Of a stretch of DNA of 64,000 nt, positions 38,015 through 48,966 are shown piece after piece. The stretch lies in NCBI GenBank assembly GCA_963668695.2, contig CAXXLQ010000004.1:3808001-3872000 (forward strand). Reading direction: 5' to 3'. Origin of the DNA: Vicinamibacteria bacterium (GTDB lineage Bacteria; Acidobacteriota; Vicinamibacteria; Marinacidobacterales; Marinacidobacteraceae). The number at the start of each line of letters is the position of its first letter. Within the stretch, counting starts at the first letter, position 1. The position numbers were made by a program, and so were the translations under genes. Under the pieces are notes generated by a model. The model was given only the letters and a program-made list of their open reading frames with translations. It was not told the DNA's origin and searched no databases.

Positions 38015-39403
38015 CTACACCGCCTGCGAAAGCGAGAACGCGCCCGTGCTGTTCCCGAAGGTTTCCAGATCATCCATCCCCAGCTTGTGCGCCAACGTCA
38101 GCATCACGTTCGCCAGCGGGGTCCCGGGCTCCGCACGCAGGTGCAGGTTGTGCTCCAGCGCTCCGTTCGCGCCTCCCGCCACAAAGAACGGAACACGCTT
38201 GTGGTTGTGGATGTTCGGATCCCCCATCGGAGACCCATACAGGATCATCGTCTTGTCCAGCAGCGTCCGATCCTCTTCCTGAATGCTCCGCAGCTTCTCC
38301 ATGAAATACGGAACCAGGCTCACGTGATACCGGTTGATCCGGCCCAGAACCTCAACCCGCTCGGGATCGTTCCCGTGGTGCGAGGCCGGATGGAACGCCA
38401 TCGATTCGCCGCTGTCCGGATACACCCGGCTCGACGCGTCCCGGCCCAGCTTCAAGCTGAACACCCGCGTCATGTCCGACTGGAAGGCCAGCGCCTGCAG
38501 GTCGAACATGATCTTCACATGCTCGTCGAACGAGTCCGGAACCCCTGACGGAGCGTCCGGAAGCTCACGAAGCTCCCCGCTCGTGTTCCGTTCCACGATC
38601 CGCTCGATCCGACGCTCCATCTCCCGGACGTCCGTCAGGTACCGGTCCATCCGGCGCACATCCTGCGGATCCAGCGCTCCCTTCAGCCGCTGCACCTCCG
38701 AACCGATGAAGTCCAGAACGCTCCGGCGCGCGTTCTGCCGCGCCACCCGGCCCTCCGGGGTTCCCCCCGCGCCGAACAACTGGTCGAACACGATCCGGGG
38801 ATCCCGCGTCATCGGAAGCGGCTCCGTCGGCGACGCCCAACTGATGGTGTCGGTGTAGACGCAGGCATACCCGTAGGCGCAACCACCCGCCTGGTCCACC
38901 GTCTCGATGCAGAGCTGCATCGAGGGAATCGGTGTGTCCTGGCCGAAACGGTTCGCATACATCTGATCCAGCGAGGTCCCGGCAAAGACATCCGAACTCT
39001 CGGTCTGCTTGGGATACGACTGGGTCAGGAACGCCGCGCTCGAGCGGAAGTGGTCTCCACCGATCTCACGCGCCGTGCGCGCCTCCGCGGGCTCCACATC
39101 GCAATCGCTCACGATCGTGACGTAGTCCCGGACGGACTCCAGGGAGCTGAGCGCACCCTTCGACAGATCGAAGTCCGCGCCCTCTTTCTCCGGAGTCCAC
39201 AGATGCTGCGATCGGCCGTACTTGTTGCTGCCCGCCGACCCGTGAACGATCTCGATCGCCACGAGCCGCGTCGGATCCTCTGCGGTCGGCTTCGCGATCA
39301 CGCTCGCCGGAACCATCGCGTCCAGGAACGGCAACGCGACCGTTGCTCCCGCTCCCCGAAGGAACGTCCGCCGTGGGAGGCTCTTGCCGGTCAGATAGTT
39401 CAT
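38015..39403 (-). CDS. DUF1552 protein, Tat-like RR leader (copy 1)
   Basis: LPRRTFLRGAGATVALPFLDAM, SLDQ, HPASHH, YGSPMGDPNIH. Confidence 0.88.
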   Translation of the reverse strand: MNYLTGKSLPRRTFLRGAGATVALPFLDAMVPASVIAKPTAEDPTRLVAIEIVHGSAGSNKYGRSQHLWTPEKEGADFDLSKGALSSLESVRDYVTIVSDCDVEPAEARTAREIGGDHFRSSAAFLTQSYPKQTESSDVFAGTSLDQMYANRFGQDTPIPSMQLCIETVDQAGGCAYGYACVYTDTISWASPTEPLPMTRDPRIVFDQLFGAGGTPEGRVARQNARRSVLDFIGSEVQRLKGALDPQDVRRMDRYLTDVREMERRIERIVERNTSGELRELPDAPSGVPDSFDEHVKIMFDLQALAFQSDMTRVFSLKLGRDASSRVYPDSGESMAFHPASHHGNDPERVEVLGRINRYHVSLVPYFMEKLRSIQEEDRTLLDKTMILYGSPMGDPNIHNHKRVPFFVAGGANGALEHNLHLRAEPGTPLANVMLTLAHKLGMDDLETFGNSTGAFSLSQAV

Positions 39404-39695
39404 GGTGTTCTCCTGTCAGGGCGCCCCGCCGTCCCGGTGTTCCGGTGGGGCTGGAGTCGCTGTGTAGAGAGCCCGAGATCCTCGGGTGACTTGGATGATC
39501 CGGCCCAGGGTGGAACCGGCTGGGGACCCGCCGTTGCAGGGATACGCCCCCCACAAAGTACGGGATCGATGGGCTCCCATAACCGGACTAGGATAGGAAA
39601 TCAACCGTCCCGGCGCAAGGGGCATCCGGCCCGGTCGAGAACTGCTGCGAGAGCCGACTCCGGGAACCGGAGAGCGCCCCCCCAAGAGGAGGAGA

Positions 39696-42247
39696 TCAGG
39701 GCTCGCCCGCGACCGTGGTTTCGATCTCTGCGGGGACCCCGCCCTTCATCTGGAAGGCCGGGCTCGTCGCCACCCCCAGGATGAACGCTGACATCCGGTA
39801 GTCCGAAGCCTCCGCCTGCCGGACGATCTCCCGGATCAGCGGCTGATCGAAATACTCCACCCGCCGGCCCAGCGCGTACGCCATCAGGTTCTCCGTGAAG
39901 GTTCGAAGCAGCGGCGTCGGACGCTTCAGCAGCGCCTCCCGCAGGTCCCCGATGTTCTGGATCGGGGTCCCGTCGTAGAACTCACCCGAAGCGTCAATCG
40001 GCTGGCCCGCGTCCTTCACCCGCACTCTGCCCGTCACGTCGAACTGCTCCAGCGCCAACCCGATCGGGTCCATCATCCGGTGGCACGAACGGCACGCCGG
40101 GTTGTCCCGGTGGATCTCCAGCCGTTCACGCGCGGTCAACTCCCGGCCGTTCTCCGACGCTGCCGTCGCGTCCAGATCCGGAACGTCCGGCGGCGGTGGC
40201 GGCGGCGGACTGCCCAGCAGAACCTCCATCACCCACTTCCCACGAAGCACCGCCGACGTCCGATACGGATGGGACGTCAGCGTCAGCATGCTCCCGTGGG
40301 CGAAGATCCCACGCCGGTTCGGGTCCTGATACGACACCATCCGGTGCTCCGGACCGGCAATCCCCTCCATCCCGTAGTGCTTCGCGAGGCGCTCGTTCAC
40401 GAACGTGTAGTCCGCGGTGAACAGGTCGAAAACGCTCCTGTCCTCCGTCACCAGGTGCTGGAAGAACCGCTCCGTCTCCTCCACCATCGCCGTCTTCAAC
40501 TGCTGGTGGAAGTCCGGATACAACCGAACGTTCGGGTTGATCTTCTCCAGATCCTGCAGCCGGAACCACTGATACGCGAACCGCTTCGCCAGCGCTTCCG
40601 AGCGCGGGTCCGCGAGCATCCGACGAACCTGGGTCTCGAACGCCGCAGGATCCGACAACTGCCCCGCCTCGGCCGCATCGAGCAGCTCGTAGTCGGGGAT
40701 CGTCCCCCACAGGAAGAACGACAGGCGCGACGCCAGGTCGGTATCCGTCAGCCGGTACCCGAACTCCGCCTCCCGCGGGTCCAGCGGCTCCTCGATCCGG
40801 AACACGAAGTTCGGGCTCGCGAGGATGCCCTCCACTCCCATCCGGATCCCTTCTTCGAAGCCGACCGTCTCGGCCCCCACGTCGTAGAGCAACATCAGCG
40901 CCGCCCGACTTTCGTCGTCGAGACTCCGGCGATAGGCCAGCCGGCCCAACCGCGAAAGGATCTCCTCGGCGCACGGCCGTGCTTCGTCCGCTGCCAGCGG
41001 GCGGCAGGCGAAGATCGCCTTTCGGCTCGGCGTCTCCGACACCCCCGTGGTGTCGAACGGTCCCCGAACCAGAATGTCCCGCAGATGGGGAAGGCTGTGG
41101 ATCCCGTAGGTGAGCGCGATGTTGGTGCTCGCCAGCGACCATTCGTGCGGCGAGATCAGATCCAGCGTCGCGCCGTCAAACTGGCGCAGGAACGCAGCGG
41201 CCACCGTCCTGGGACCGGCCTTGATGAAGAGGGGCTCCGTGATCATCGTCGCCCCGTTGGGATCCGAGGTGTGCATCCACGGGTCGATGGAGAGGAGCGC
41301 GACCCGCTCTCCGTCGATCGAGATCTCGAGCTGTTCCGGGTTCTCCTCGGAGTTCAACGCTCCGGCGGCGGTGCCGACGACAGGGCCGCACACTTCGTGG
41401 TGCAGCGAAACGCGGAAGACGTAGTTCCCGTCCGCGGCAAAGGTGTGATCCACTGCGATCCCGCCGCGGGTGCCGTACGGGGCTCCCTCGACCTGAACCC
41501 GCTGCGAAGCCCAACGGGAAACGAAGTAACTGGTCTCGGCCGGTGCGGCGTCGGGGTCCCCTACGGCCAACCGGCTGATCTCGCCCGCCGCGCGCAGATA
41601 GGAGTCCATGAGCGTGGCCGACAGCAACTGGACATCCGCGATGTTGTCGAAGTTCGCGCTGATCGTGTCCTGCGGCAGATACTCGGCGGCATCCACGGCG
41701 AGCGCCAGGAGATCCCGGATGGCCGCCGTGTACTCCGCCCGGTTGAGCCGCTGGAAAGAACGGCGTCCCGGATTCGGTTTCGCCTCCGCGCTCGCGTCAA
41801 GCTGGGTTTCGAGCGACCCGGCGACCTCGGCGAGCACCTCCTCTCCGGGGCGCCGGGCCCCCGGCGGCGGCATCATGCCGAGCCGCAGCTTCGAGACCAT
41901 CTTTTCCGCGAGGGCGGCATCTTCCGGCGCGTTCCCGGCGTCGAAACCGGAGAGCGTCATGTTCCCGGTCTTCATGCGGTCGTTGTGGCAGACATGCAGT
42001 AGGTCCGCAGCATCCGGTTGTGGGCGGCCGCGTTTTCGGGGGACACCGCCACAACGGCGCGCTCCGTCGCTGACGGCTCCCAGGACCGAACGGTGGCGAC
42101 CGTCGGCCCGGAAGCGGTGGGCTCCGATCCTTCCAGCCGGGCCAGCCGGGCTTCAAGCCCGGGCGCCGCCGCCGCGACGGAAGACGCGAGCAGGCCGGCG
42201 AAGAGAACCGGAATCAGCGAAACCGCTTCCAGCCTGGATGTCCCCAT
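39696..42247 (-). pseudogene. DUF1592/DUF1588-type cytochrome-c-domain protein (copy 1), 1-bp frameshift near 41993
   Basis: ORFs 41972-42247 and 39696-41975 join if one G is restored (atg tc tgc cac vs paralog atg gtc tgc cac); RLNRAEY, LASRLSFFLW, CRSCH. Confidence 0.8.
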
Positions 42248-42256
42248 CGTGGCGCC

Positions 42257-44290
42257 TCAGCAACCCACGCAGCGGTTGTTGTTTTTCGCCCCGTAGGTCT
42301 CGAGGAGGGCGATGGTCTCCGGGAAGGGGCTGATCCGCTGCACCGGCCCGTTCGCCAGGTCCACCGTGGTCTGCCCGGTCCGGGCGATTGCCAGCGGGTC
42401 GGCGCCCTTCGAGATCAGGTATTCGATCATCTCGTTGTCGCCCCGCGAGGCCGCGTGGTGGATCACGCTGTAGCCGTTGTGGTCACGGGCGTCGGGATCG
42501 GCGCCCAGCTCTTCCACGAGGTACTTCACGGAGGGCATCCAGGCGTCGGGGGCGTGGCGATGCGAGTTCGCGGCCAGCCCGAGCCCGTACCCGACGCCGG
42601 CAGCGGCGTGTACGGGATGGACCCCGGGGCCCCCGTGGAGAACCTCAGGGAGGCCCGAGGGATCTTCCTCAGGCTCTTCCGCCGTCAGGTCGGTCAGCCC
42701 CCGGAGGGTCCGCTCGGGAACCTTGATGGTCGGGATCCCGGGGTCCGCGCCGCGCGCGACCAGCATCTTCATCGCGGGGATGTCGAGCGCGTAGGCCGCG
42801 CGCCAGAAGGCGGTGGCCCCGGCCCGGTTCACCCCGAGCTGGTCGGTGTTGTAGGTGCTGTACCACTGCTTCCGCTCGAGCCGGGAGTTCACGTCCGCCC
42901 CGGCATCGATGAGCGCCTCCATCAACTCGATGTGCGAGGTCTGCTGGCGGAGGTGATCCGCGGGCTGGGGATGGAAGGGTTGCGAAATCCAGCGGGCGTT
43001 GATCGCGCCATACAGCGGAGCGCCGCCGGAGACGTTCTTCAGGTTCGGGTCCGCACCGCGTTTGAGCAGTTCCATTCCGATGTCGTAGTGGCCGTTGATC
43101 GCCGCCATCAGGAGAGGTGTGGTGCGGTGGCCCTCGGCCCGCTGGTTGATGTCGGCCCCACCGTCCATGAGGGCGACGGCGGCTTCCAGATGGCCGTCAC
43201 GAGCGGCGAGCAGCAGAGCCGTCAGGCCGCCGTGCGTCCCGACCAGTTCGGCGTAGCGGAGCGGCTGGAGGCGGTTCCGGTCCCGCTTCCTGCTCGCTCT
43301 GCGCTTCTTTGCCTCTTCGATGGCCTTGGCCCTGACGAGATCGTCCTCGGGATGACCGTGCGCCGCGGCGTGCTCGTCCTCCTCCGCCGCCAATTCCTCC
43401 GCGGTCTTTGCGGTCTTCAGATCAGCAAGGTCCTTCGCAAGGTCCGCAGAACCGGATTTCCCGGTGCCGGCGTCGGCTCCCGTGGAAGCGGTCGCGGGGG
43501 CCTCCTCGATGCGTCCCTTCTCGTTCGCCGCCTTGGCGGCCGCGGCCCGCGCCCGTCGCTGGGCCTCCCGGGCCTTCTTGTCGCGTTCCCGCTCGTCGTA
43601 GATCACGCCCGCTGCGCCCCGTCCCTGGTCGATCCGCGCCTGGCGAGCCCGACGCGCGATGAGATCCCGCTCGGCGCGGGCCGCGACGTCCAGTACCGAA
43701 GCGGTGATCGAGGGATCGGCGCCCGCTTCCAGAAGCGTCGCGACGGCCGCGGTGCGGCCCACGGCGGCCGCGAACATGAGCGGGGTCTGTCCCCACTGCG
43801 GCTCGACGGCGTCGAGGTTGGCGCCATGCTTCCCCAGCACCGTGAGGGTCGGTGTGCTGCCGGAAGCCGCGGCGAAGTGGATCGCCCGGGCTCCGGTTCC
43901 GGTCGGCTCGGCGATCGGGGCGCCGGCCTCGAGGAGGACTTCGGCAACTCCCGCCTGGCCGGCCGCCGCCGCCACGTGCAGCGGCATGTGGCTCCCGAGG
44001 CGCGTGGTGGCGCTGATGTCCGCACCCGCCGCGATCAAGACCTCCGCAACCTCGCGGTTCCCCGTCTTCGCCGCCCAGTGCAGCGCCGTGAACCCGTCGC
44101 CCTGCGCCGCGTTCACGTCCGCGCCCGAGCGCAGCTCCGCCTTCAGCGTCTCCAGGTCACCGCGCTTCGCGGCGTCCAGCACCGGCGCGAGCAGCGCCGC
44201 ATACCCGGCTCCGACCAGCACTCCCAGCACTGCGAGCAGTGCCGCCAGGCCGATCCATCGCTTTTTGATCTTCCGCTTTCCAATCTTCAT
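42257..44290 (-). CDS. Ankyrin-repeat protein, N-terminal TM anchor (module copy 2)
   Basis: Same architecture as copy 1 with a longer charged central insert; C-terminal CVGC. Confidence 0.9.
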   Translation of the reverse strand: MKIGKRKIKKRWIGLAALLAVLGVLVGAGYAALLAPVLDAAKRGDLETLKAELRSGADVNAAQGDGFTALHWAAKTGNREVAEVLIAAGADISATTRLGSHMPLHVAAAAGQAGVAEVLLEAGAPIAEPTGTGARAIHFAAASGSTPTLTVLGKHGANLDAVEPQWGQTPLMFAAAVGRTAAVATLLEAGADPSITASVLDVAARAERDLIARRARQARIDQGRGAAGVIYDERERDKKAREAQRRARAAAAKAANEKGRIEEAPATASTGADAGTGKSGSADLAKDLADLKTAKTAEELAAEEDEHAAAHGHPEDDLVRAKAIEEAKKRRASRKRDRNRLQPLRYAELVGTHGGLTALLLAARDGHLEAAVALMDGGADINQRAEGHRTTPLLMAAINGHYDIGMELLKRGADPNLKNVSGGAPLYGAINARWISQPFHPQPADHLRQQTSHIELMEALIDAGADVNSRLERKQWYSTYNTDQLGVNRAGATAFWRAAYALDIPAMKMLVARGADPGIPTIKVPERTLRGLTDLTAEEPEEDPSGLPEVLHGGPGVHPVHAAAGVGYGLGLAANSHRHAPDAWMPSVKYLVEELGADPDARDHNGYSVIHHAASRGDNEMIEYLISKGADPLAIARTGQTTVDLANGPVQRISPFPETIALLETYGAKNNNRCVGC

Positions 44291-44341
44291 GCCGCGTCCC
44301 TCTCTTGGGTCAAAGTCCCTGATGTGGATCCCGCTCCCGGG

Positions 44342-45730
44342 TTACACCGCCTGCGAGAGCGAGAACGCACCCGTGCTGTTCCCGAAGCTCTCCAGATCAT
44401 CCATCCCCAGCTTGTGCAGCAACGTGAGCATCACGTTCGCCAGCGGGGTCCCGGGTTCCGCACGCAGGTGCAGGTTGTTCTCCAGCGCTCCGTTCGCGCC
44501 TCCCGCTACAAAGAACGGAACGCGCTTGTGGTTGTGGATGTTCGGATCTCCCATCGGAGACCCATACAGGATCATCGTCTTGTCCAGCAGCGTCCGATCC
44601 TCTTCCTGGATGCTCCGCAGCTTCTCCATGAAATACGGAATCAGGCTCACGTGATACCGGTTGATCCGGCTCAGGAGTTCCACCCGCTCGTCGTCATTCC
44701 CGTGGTGTGAGGCCGGATGGAACGCCGTCGATTCGCCGCTGTCCGGAAACACCCGGCTCGACGCGTCCCGGCCCAGCTTGAGGCTGAACACCCGCGTCAT
44801 GTCCGACTGGAACGCCAGCGCCTGCAGCTCGAACATGATCTTCACGTGCTCGTCGAACGAGTCCGGAACCCCTGACGGAGCGTTCGGAAGCTCACGAAGC
44901 TCCCCGCTCGTGTTCCGTTCCACGATCCGCTCGATCCGACGCTCCATCTCCCGGACGTCCGTCAGGTACCGGTCCATCCGGCGCAAATCCTGCGGATCCA
45001 GCGCTTCTTGCAGGGTCCGCACCTCTTCACCGATGAAGTCCAGAACGCTCCGGCGAGCCTTCTGCCGCGCCACCCGGCCCTCCGGGGTTCCCCCCGCGCC
45101 GAACAACTGGTCGAACACGATTCGGGGATCCCGTGTCATCGGAAGCGGCTCCGTCGGCGACCCCCAACTGATGGTGTCGGTGTACGCGCAGGCATACCCG
45201 TAAGCGCAACCACCCGCCTGGTCCACCGTCTCGATGCAGAGCTGCATCGAAGGAATCGGCGTGTCCTGGCCGAAACGGTTCGCATACATCTGATCCAGCG
45301 AGGTCCCGGCAAAGACATCGGACCCTTCGGTCTGCCTTGGATGGGACTGGGTCAGGAACGTCGAGCTCGAGCGGAAGTGGTCCCCGCCGATCTCCCGCGC
45401 CGTCTCGGCCTCCGCGGGCTCCACGTCACAGTCGCTCACGACCGTGACGTAGTCCCGGACCGGCTCCAGGGAGCTGAGCGCACCCTTCGACAGATCGAAG
45501 TCCGCGCCCTCTTTCTCCGGAGACCACAGGTGCTGCTCACGACCGTACTTGTTGCTGCCCGCCGCCCCGTGGACGATCTCCACCGCCACGAGCCGCGTCG
45601 GATCCTCCGCCGTCGGCTTCGCGATCACGCTCGCCGGAACCATCGCGTCCAAAAACGGCAACGCGACCGTGGCCCCCGCTCCCCGCAGGAACGTACGGCG
45701 TGGAAGGCTCTTGCCGGTCAGGTAGTTCAT
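44342..45730 (-). CDS. DUF1552 protein (copy 2)
   Basis: 462 aa, colinear and highly similar to 38015-39403. Confidence 0.88.
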   Translation of the reverse strand: MNYLTGKSLPRRTFLRGAGATVALPFLDAMVPASVIAKPTAEDPTRLVAVEIVHGAAGSNKYGREQHLWSPEKEGADFDLSKGALSSLEPVRDYVTVVSDCDVEPAEAETAREIGGDHFRSSSTFLTQSHPRQTEGSDVFAGTSLDQMYANRFGQDTPIPSMQLCIETVDQAGGCAYGYACAYTDTISWGSPTEPLPMTRDPRIVFDQLFGAGGTPEGRVARQKARRSVLDFIGEEVRTLQEALDPQDLRRMDRYLTDVREMERRIERIVERNTSGELRELPNAPSGVPDSFDEHVKIMFELQALAFQSDMTRVFSLKLGRDASSRVFPDSGESTAFHPASHHGNDDERVELLSRINRYHVSLIPYFMEKLRSIQEEDRTLLDKTMILYGSPMGDPNIHNHKRVPFFVAGGANGALENNLHLRAEPGTPLANVMLTLLHKLGMDDLESFGNSTGAFSLSQAV

Positions 45731-45813
45731 CGCTGTCTCCTTGTGGTCAGACTGACTTTCTCTCTTGGCTTTCTCGTTTTGACTCTTCTCGGTTTGATTC
45801 TCTGTAGGGCTTC

Positions 45814-48387
45814 CTAATGCTCCGCGGCATGCTCCGCGGCGAGCGTCGTCTCCGTCTCGGCTTCGACCCCGCCCTTCATCTGGAAGGCCGGACTCGTCGC
45901 CACCCCCAGGATGAACGAAGACATCCGGTAGTCCGAAGCCTCCGCTTCCCGAACGATCTCCCGGATCAGCGGCTGGTCGTAATACTCCACCCGCCGACCC
46001 AGCGCATACGCCATCAGGTTCTCCGTGAATGTCCGCAGCAGCGGCGTCGGACGCTTCAACAGCGCCTCCCGCAGGTCCCCGATGTCACGGATCGGAGTCC
46101 CGTCGTAGAACTCGCCCGACGCGTCGATCGGCTGGCCCGCGTCCTTCACCCGAATCCGCCCAGTCACGTCGAATTGCTCCAGGGCCAACCCGATCGGATC
46201 CATCATCCGGTGGCACGAACGGCACGCCGGGTTGTCCCGGTGGATCTCGAGGGCTTGGCGGGCGGTGAGTTTGCGGACCGTCTCGCCTGACTCCCCGGCA
46301 TCCAGGTCCGGAACGTTCGGAGGCGGAGGTGGCGGCGGACTCCCGAGCAGCACCTCCATCACCCACTTCCCACGAAGCACCGCCGACGTCCGATACGGAT
46401 GGGACGTCAGCGTCAGCATGCTCCCGTGGGCGAAGATCCCACGCCGGTTCGGATTCTGATACCGCACCAGACGGTGCTCCGGACCGGCAACCCCCTCCAT
46501 CCCGTAGTGGTCGGCCAGGTTGTCGTTCACGAACGTGTAGTCCGCCGTGAACAGGTCGAAGACGCTCTTGTCCTCGGACACCAGGTGATGGAAGAACCGC
46601 TCCGTCTCCTCCACCATCGCCAACTTCAACTGCTGGTAGAAGTCCGGATACAACCGAACGTTCGGGTTGATCTTCTCCAGATCCTGCAACCGGAACCATT
46701 GATGCGCGAACCGCTTCGCCAGCGCTTCCGAGCGCGGGTCCGCGAGCATCCGACGAACCTGCGTCTCGAACACCGCAGGATCCGACAACTGCCCCGCCTC
46801 GGCCGCATCGAGCAGCTCGTGGTCGGGGATCGTCCCCCACAGGAAGAACGACAGGCGCGACGCCAGGTCGGTATCCGTCAGTCGGTACCCGAACTCCGCC
46901 TCCCGCGGGTCCAGGGGCTCTTCGATCCGGAACACGAAGTTGGGGCTCGCGAGCATTCCCTCGATCCCCATCCGGATCCCTTCCTCGAAGCCGACGCTCG
47001 CGGCCCCCATGTCATAGAGCGACATCAGCGCCTTGAGGTTGCGCTCGGTCAGATTCCGCCGATACGCGAGACGCCCGAGCCGCGACAGGATCTTCTCGGC
47101 ACAGGGGCCCGCCTCTTCCGCCGAGAGCGGCCGGCAGGTGAAGATCGCCTCGCGGCTCGGGGTCTCCGACACCCCGGTCGCGTCGAAGGGCCCCGTAATG
47201 ATCAGATCCCGCAAGTGGGGTACGTTGTGGATGCCGTAGGTCCTCGACGTCGCGGTGCTGGCAAGTGACCAGTCGTGGGGGGAGATCAGGTCGAGGACCG
47301 GTCCCTCGTAGTGCTTCAGGAAAACCGCGGCCACCTTGCGCGGGCCACCCCGCACGAAGACCGGTTCGCTCCGCAGATTGACCCCGTCGGGGTCGGAAAC
47401 GTGCATCCAGCGACCGACGTCCAGGAGCGCGAGCCGCTCACCGTCGATCGAGATCTCGACCTGCTCCGGAGTGTCGACCGTGTGAAGCGAACTCGATCCC
47501 GAGCCGACAATGGCGCCGGTCGTCTCGTGGTGGAAGGCCACCCGGAACCGATACGCGCCGTCCGCCGGGAATACGTGGTCCACGACGATTCCGCCCCGCG
47601 TTCCGTAGGGAGCTCCCTCGACCAGATCCAACTGGGCAGCCCAGCGGGACACGTGGTAGCCGGACTCCGCGGCCACCGCGTCAGGGTCCCCGACCGCGAG
47701 ATGACTGATATCGCTGGCCGCCCGCAGGTAGGAGTCCATGAGCGTCGCAGACAGCAACTGGACGTCCGCGATGTTGTCGAAGTTCGCGCTGATCGTGTCC
47801 TGCGGGAGGTATTTGGCCCCATCCAGCGGGAGGTCCAACAGGTCCCCGATCGCCGCGGTGTATTCGGCCCGGTTCAAGCGCTGGAAGGAGCGGCGCCCGG
47901 GATTCGGGTTTTCCTCGGCGCTCGCGTCAAGCTGGGTCTCGAGCGACTCCGCGACCTCGCCAAGCAGGTCCTCCGCCGGCCGCCGGGCCCCCGGCGGCGG
48001 CATCATGCCGAGCCGGAGCTTCGAGACCATCTTCTCCGCGAGGGCCGGGTTCGCGACTGCCTCGCCGGCATCGAACGCGGCAAGCGACATGTTCCCGGTC
48101 TTCATCCGGTCGTTGTGGCAGACCATGCAATAGGTCCGCAGCATTCCGTTGTGCGCGGCGGCCGTCTCCGTGCTTATGGACCCAGTGTTTTTGGACCCAT
48201 CGTTTTTGGACCCACCGGGGGAACTCTCCGGACTCCAGTTCCGGACAGACGCGATGGTAGGCGCCGCCGGCGCGATGGTGGGCGCCGCCGGCTCGAAGCG
48301 CGGCGTCTCCTCGGCATCAGCGGCCGGCGGCAGCAGGTATGCGCCCACGCCGAGGGACCACGCTGCGACGATGGGAATTAGGCGCAT
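45814..48387 (-). CDS. DUF1592/DUF1588-type cytochrome-c-domain protein (copy 2, intact)
   Basis: Signal peptide; CMVCH and CRSCH heme motifs; RLNRAEY, TSAVLRGKWV. Confidence 0.88.
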   Translation of the reverse strand: MRLIPIVAAWSLGVGAYLLPPAADAEETPRFEPAAPTIAPAAPTIASVRNWSPESSPGGSKNDGSKNTGSISTETAAAHNGMLRTYCMVCHNDRMKTGNMSLAAFDAGEAVANPALAEKMVSKLRLGMMPPPGARRPAEDLLGEVAESLETQLDASAEENPNPGRRSFQRLNRAEYTAAIGDLLDLPLDGAKYLPQDTISANFDNIADVQLLSATLMDSYLRAASDISHLAVGDPDAVAAESGYHVSRWAAQLDLVEGAPYGTRGGIVVDHVFPADGAYRFRVAFHHETTGAIVGSGSSSLHTVDTPEQVEISIDGERLALLDVGRWMHVSDPDGVNLRSEPVFVRGGPRKVAAVFLKHYEGPVLDLISPHDWSLASTATSRTYGIHNVPHLRDLIITGPFDATGVSETPSREAIFTCRPLSAEEAGPCAEKILSRLGRLAYRRNLTERNLKALMSLYDMGAASVGFEEGIRMGIEGMLASPNFVFRIEEPLDPREAEFGYRLTDTDLASRLSFFLWGTIPDHELLDAAEAGQLSDPAVFETQVRRMLADPRSEALAKRFAHQWFRLQDLEKINPNVRLYPDFYQQLKLAMVEETERFFHHLVSEDKSVFDLFTADYTFVNDNLADHYGMEGVAGPEHRLVRYQNPNRRGIFAHGSMLTLTSHPYRTSAVLRGKWVMEVLLGSPPPPPPPNVPDLDAGESGETVRKLTARQALEIHRDNPACRSCHRMMDPIGLALEQFDVTGRIRVKDAGQPIDASGEFYDGTPIRDIGDLREALLKRPTPLLRTFTENLMAYALGRRVEYYDQPLIREIVREAEASDYRMSSFILGVATSPAFQMKGGVEAETETTLAAEHAAEH

Positions 48388-48669
48388 GGGACGTTTTGCC
48401 GGACGTGGCGAGGCGGTGTTTCCGCCCCCGAATACGCTCCGGCCCAATTGGAAGAGGATAGTGGCGAGCGACCCCCGATGCAAGCAGCGGAAACCCGTTC
48501 CGGGGCGTTCGGCGGAGGCGCCCAGCGGCCCCCGCAGCGCGTCGGATCAGCCCGGAATCCGGCGATTCTCTTCGCAGGCCACGGAGCGCGGTCGCGTGAT
48601 CGCGGCGGAGTCCGGAGCCTGCTTCCGAGACCTTGCGGAGCTGGAGCGGGGCGGGGTCGGTCGATCGGA

Positions 48670-48696
48670 GTATGGTATTATGGTATTGGTATGGTC
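48670..48696 (+). promoter_or_regulatory. Direct-repeat (TGGTAT-like x4) AT-rich site overlapping the antitoxin start; probable operator/-10
   Basis: gtatggtattatggtattggtatggtc. Confidence 0.45.
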
Positions 48697-48966
48697 AAGG
48701 TTACCTACTCGCTTGACGACGCCACGGTGCGCCGGATCCGCACCATCGCGGGCCGACTCGGCATTCCCCAGAGCCAGATGGTGCGGGAGGCCGTCGCCGA
48801 CTATGCGGCACGCAAGGATCGGCTGAGCGAGGCCGAGCGCCTCCGCATGCTGGAAGTGCTGTATCGCCTGCGCGACACGCCACCCCGCCGGTCCCGAGCG
48901 GAGGTGGAGGCGGAGCTGAGGGAAATCCGCGATGCGCGGCGCCGGGGCTGGCGGCCGGAGCGGTGA
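48691..48966 (+). CDS. Ribbon-helix-helix antitoxin (VapB-like)
   Basis: MVKVTYSLDDATVRRIRTIAGRLGIPQSQMVREAV; GTGA overlap with PIN gene. Confidence 0.8.
   Translation: MVKVTYSLDDATVRRIRTIAGRLGIPQSQMVREAVADYAARKDRLSEAERLRMLEVLYRLRDTPPRRSRAEVEAELREIRDARRRGWRPER

Noticed and set aside
41975-42010. Programmed ribosomal frameshift in DUF1592 copy 1
   Set aside because: No slippery heptamer or homopolymer run at the site, and the paralogue is continuous.
36155-48387. Duplicated module as a diversity-generating retroelement (TR/VR pair)
   Set aside because: No reverse transcriptase; differences are not adenine-specific and span whole genes.
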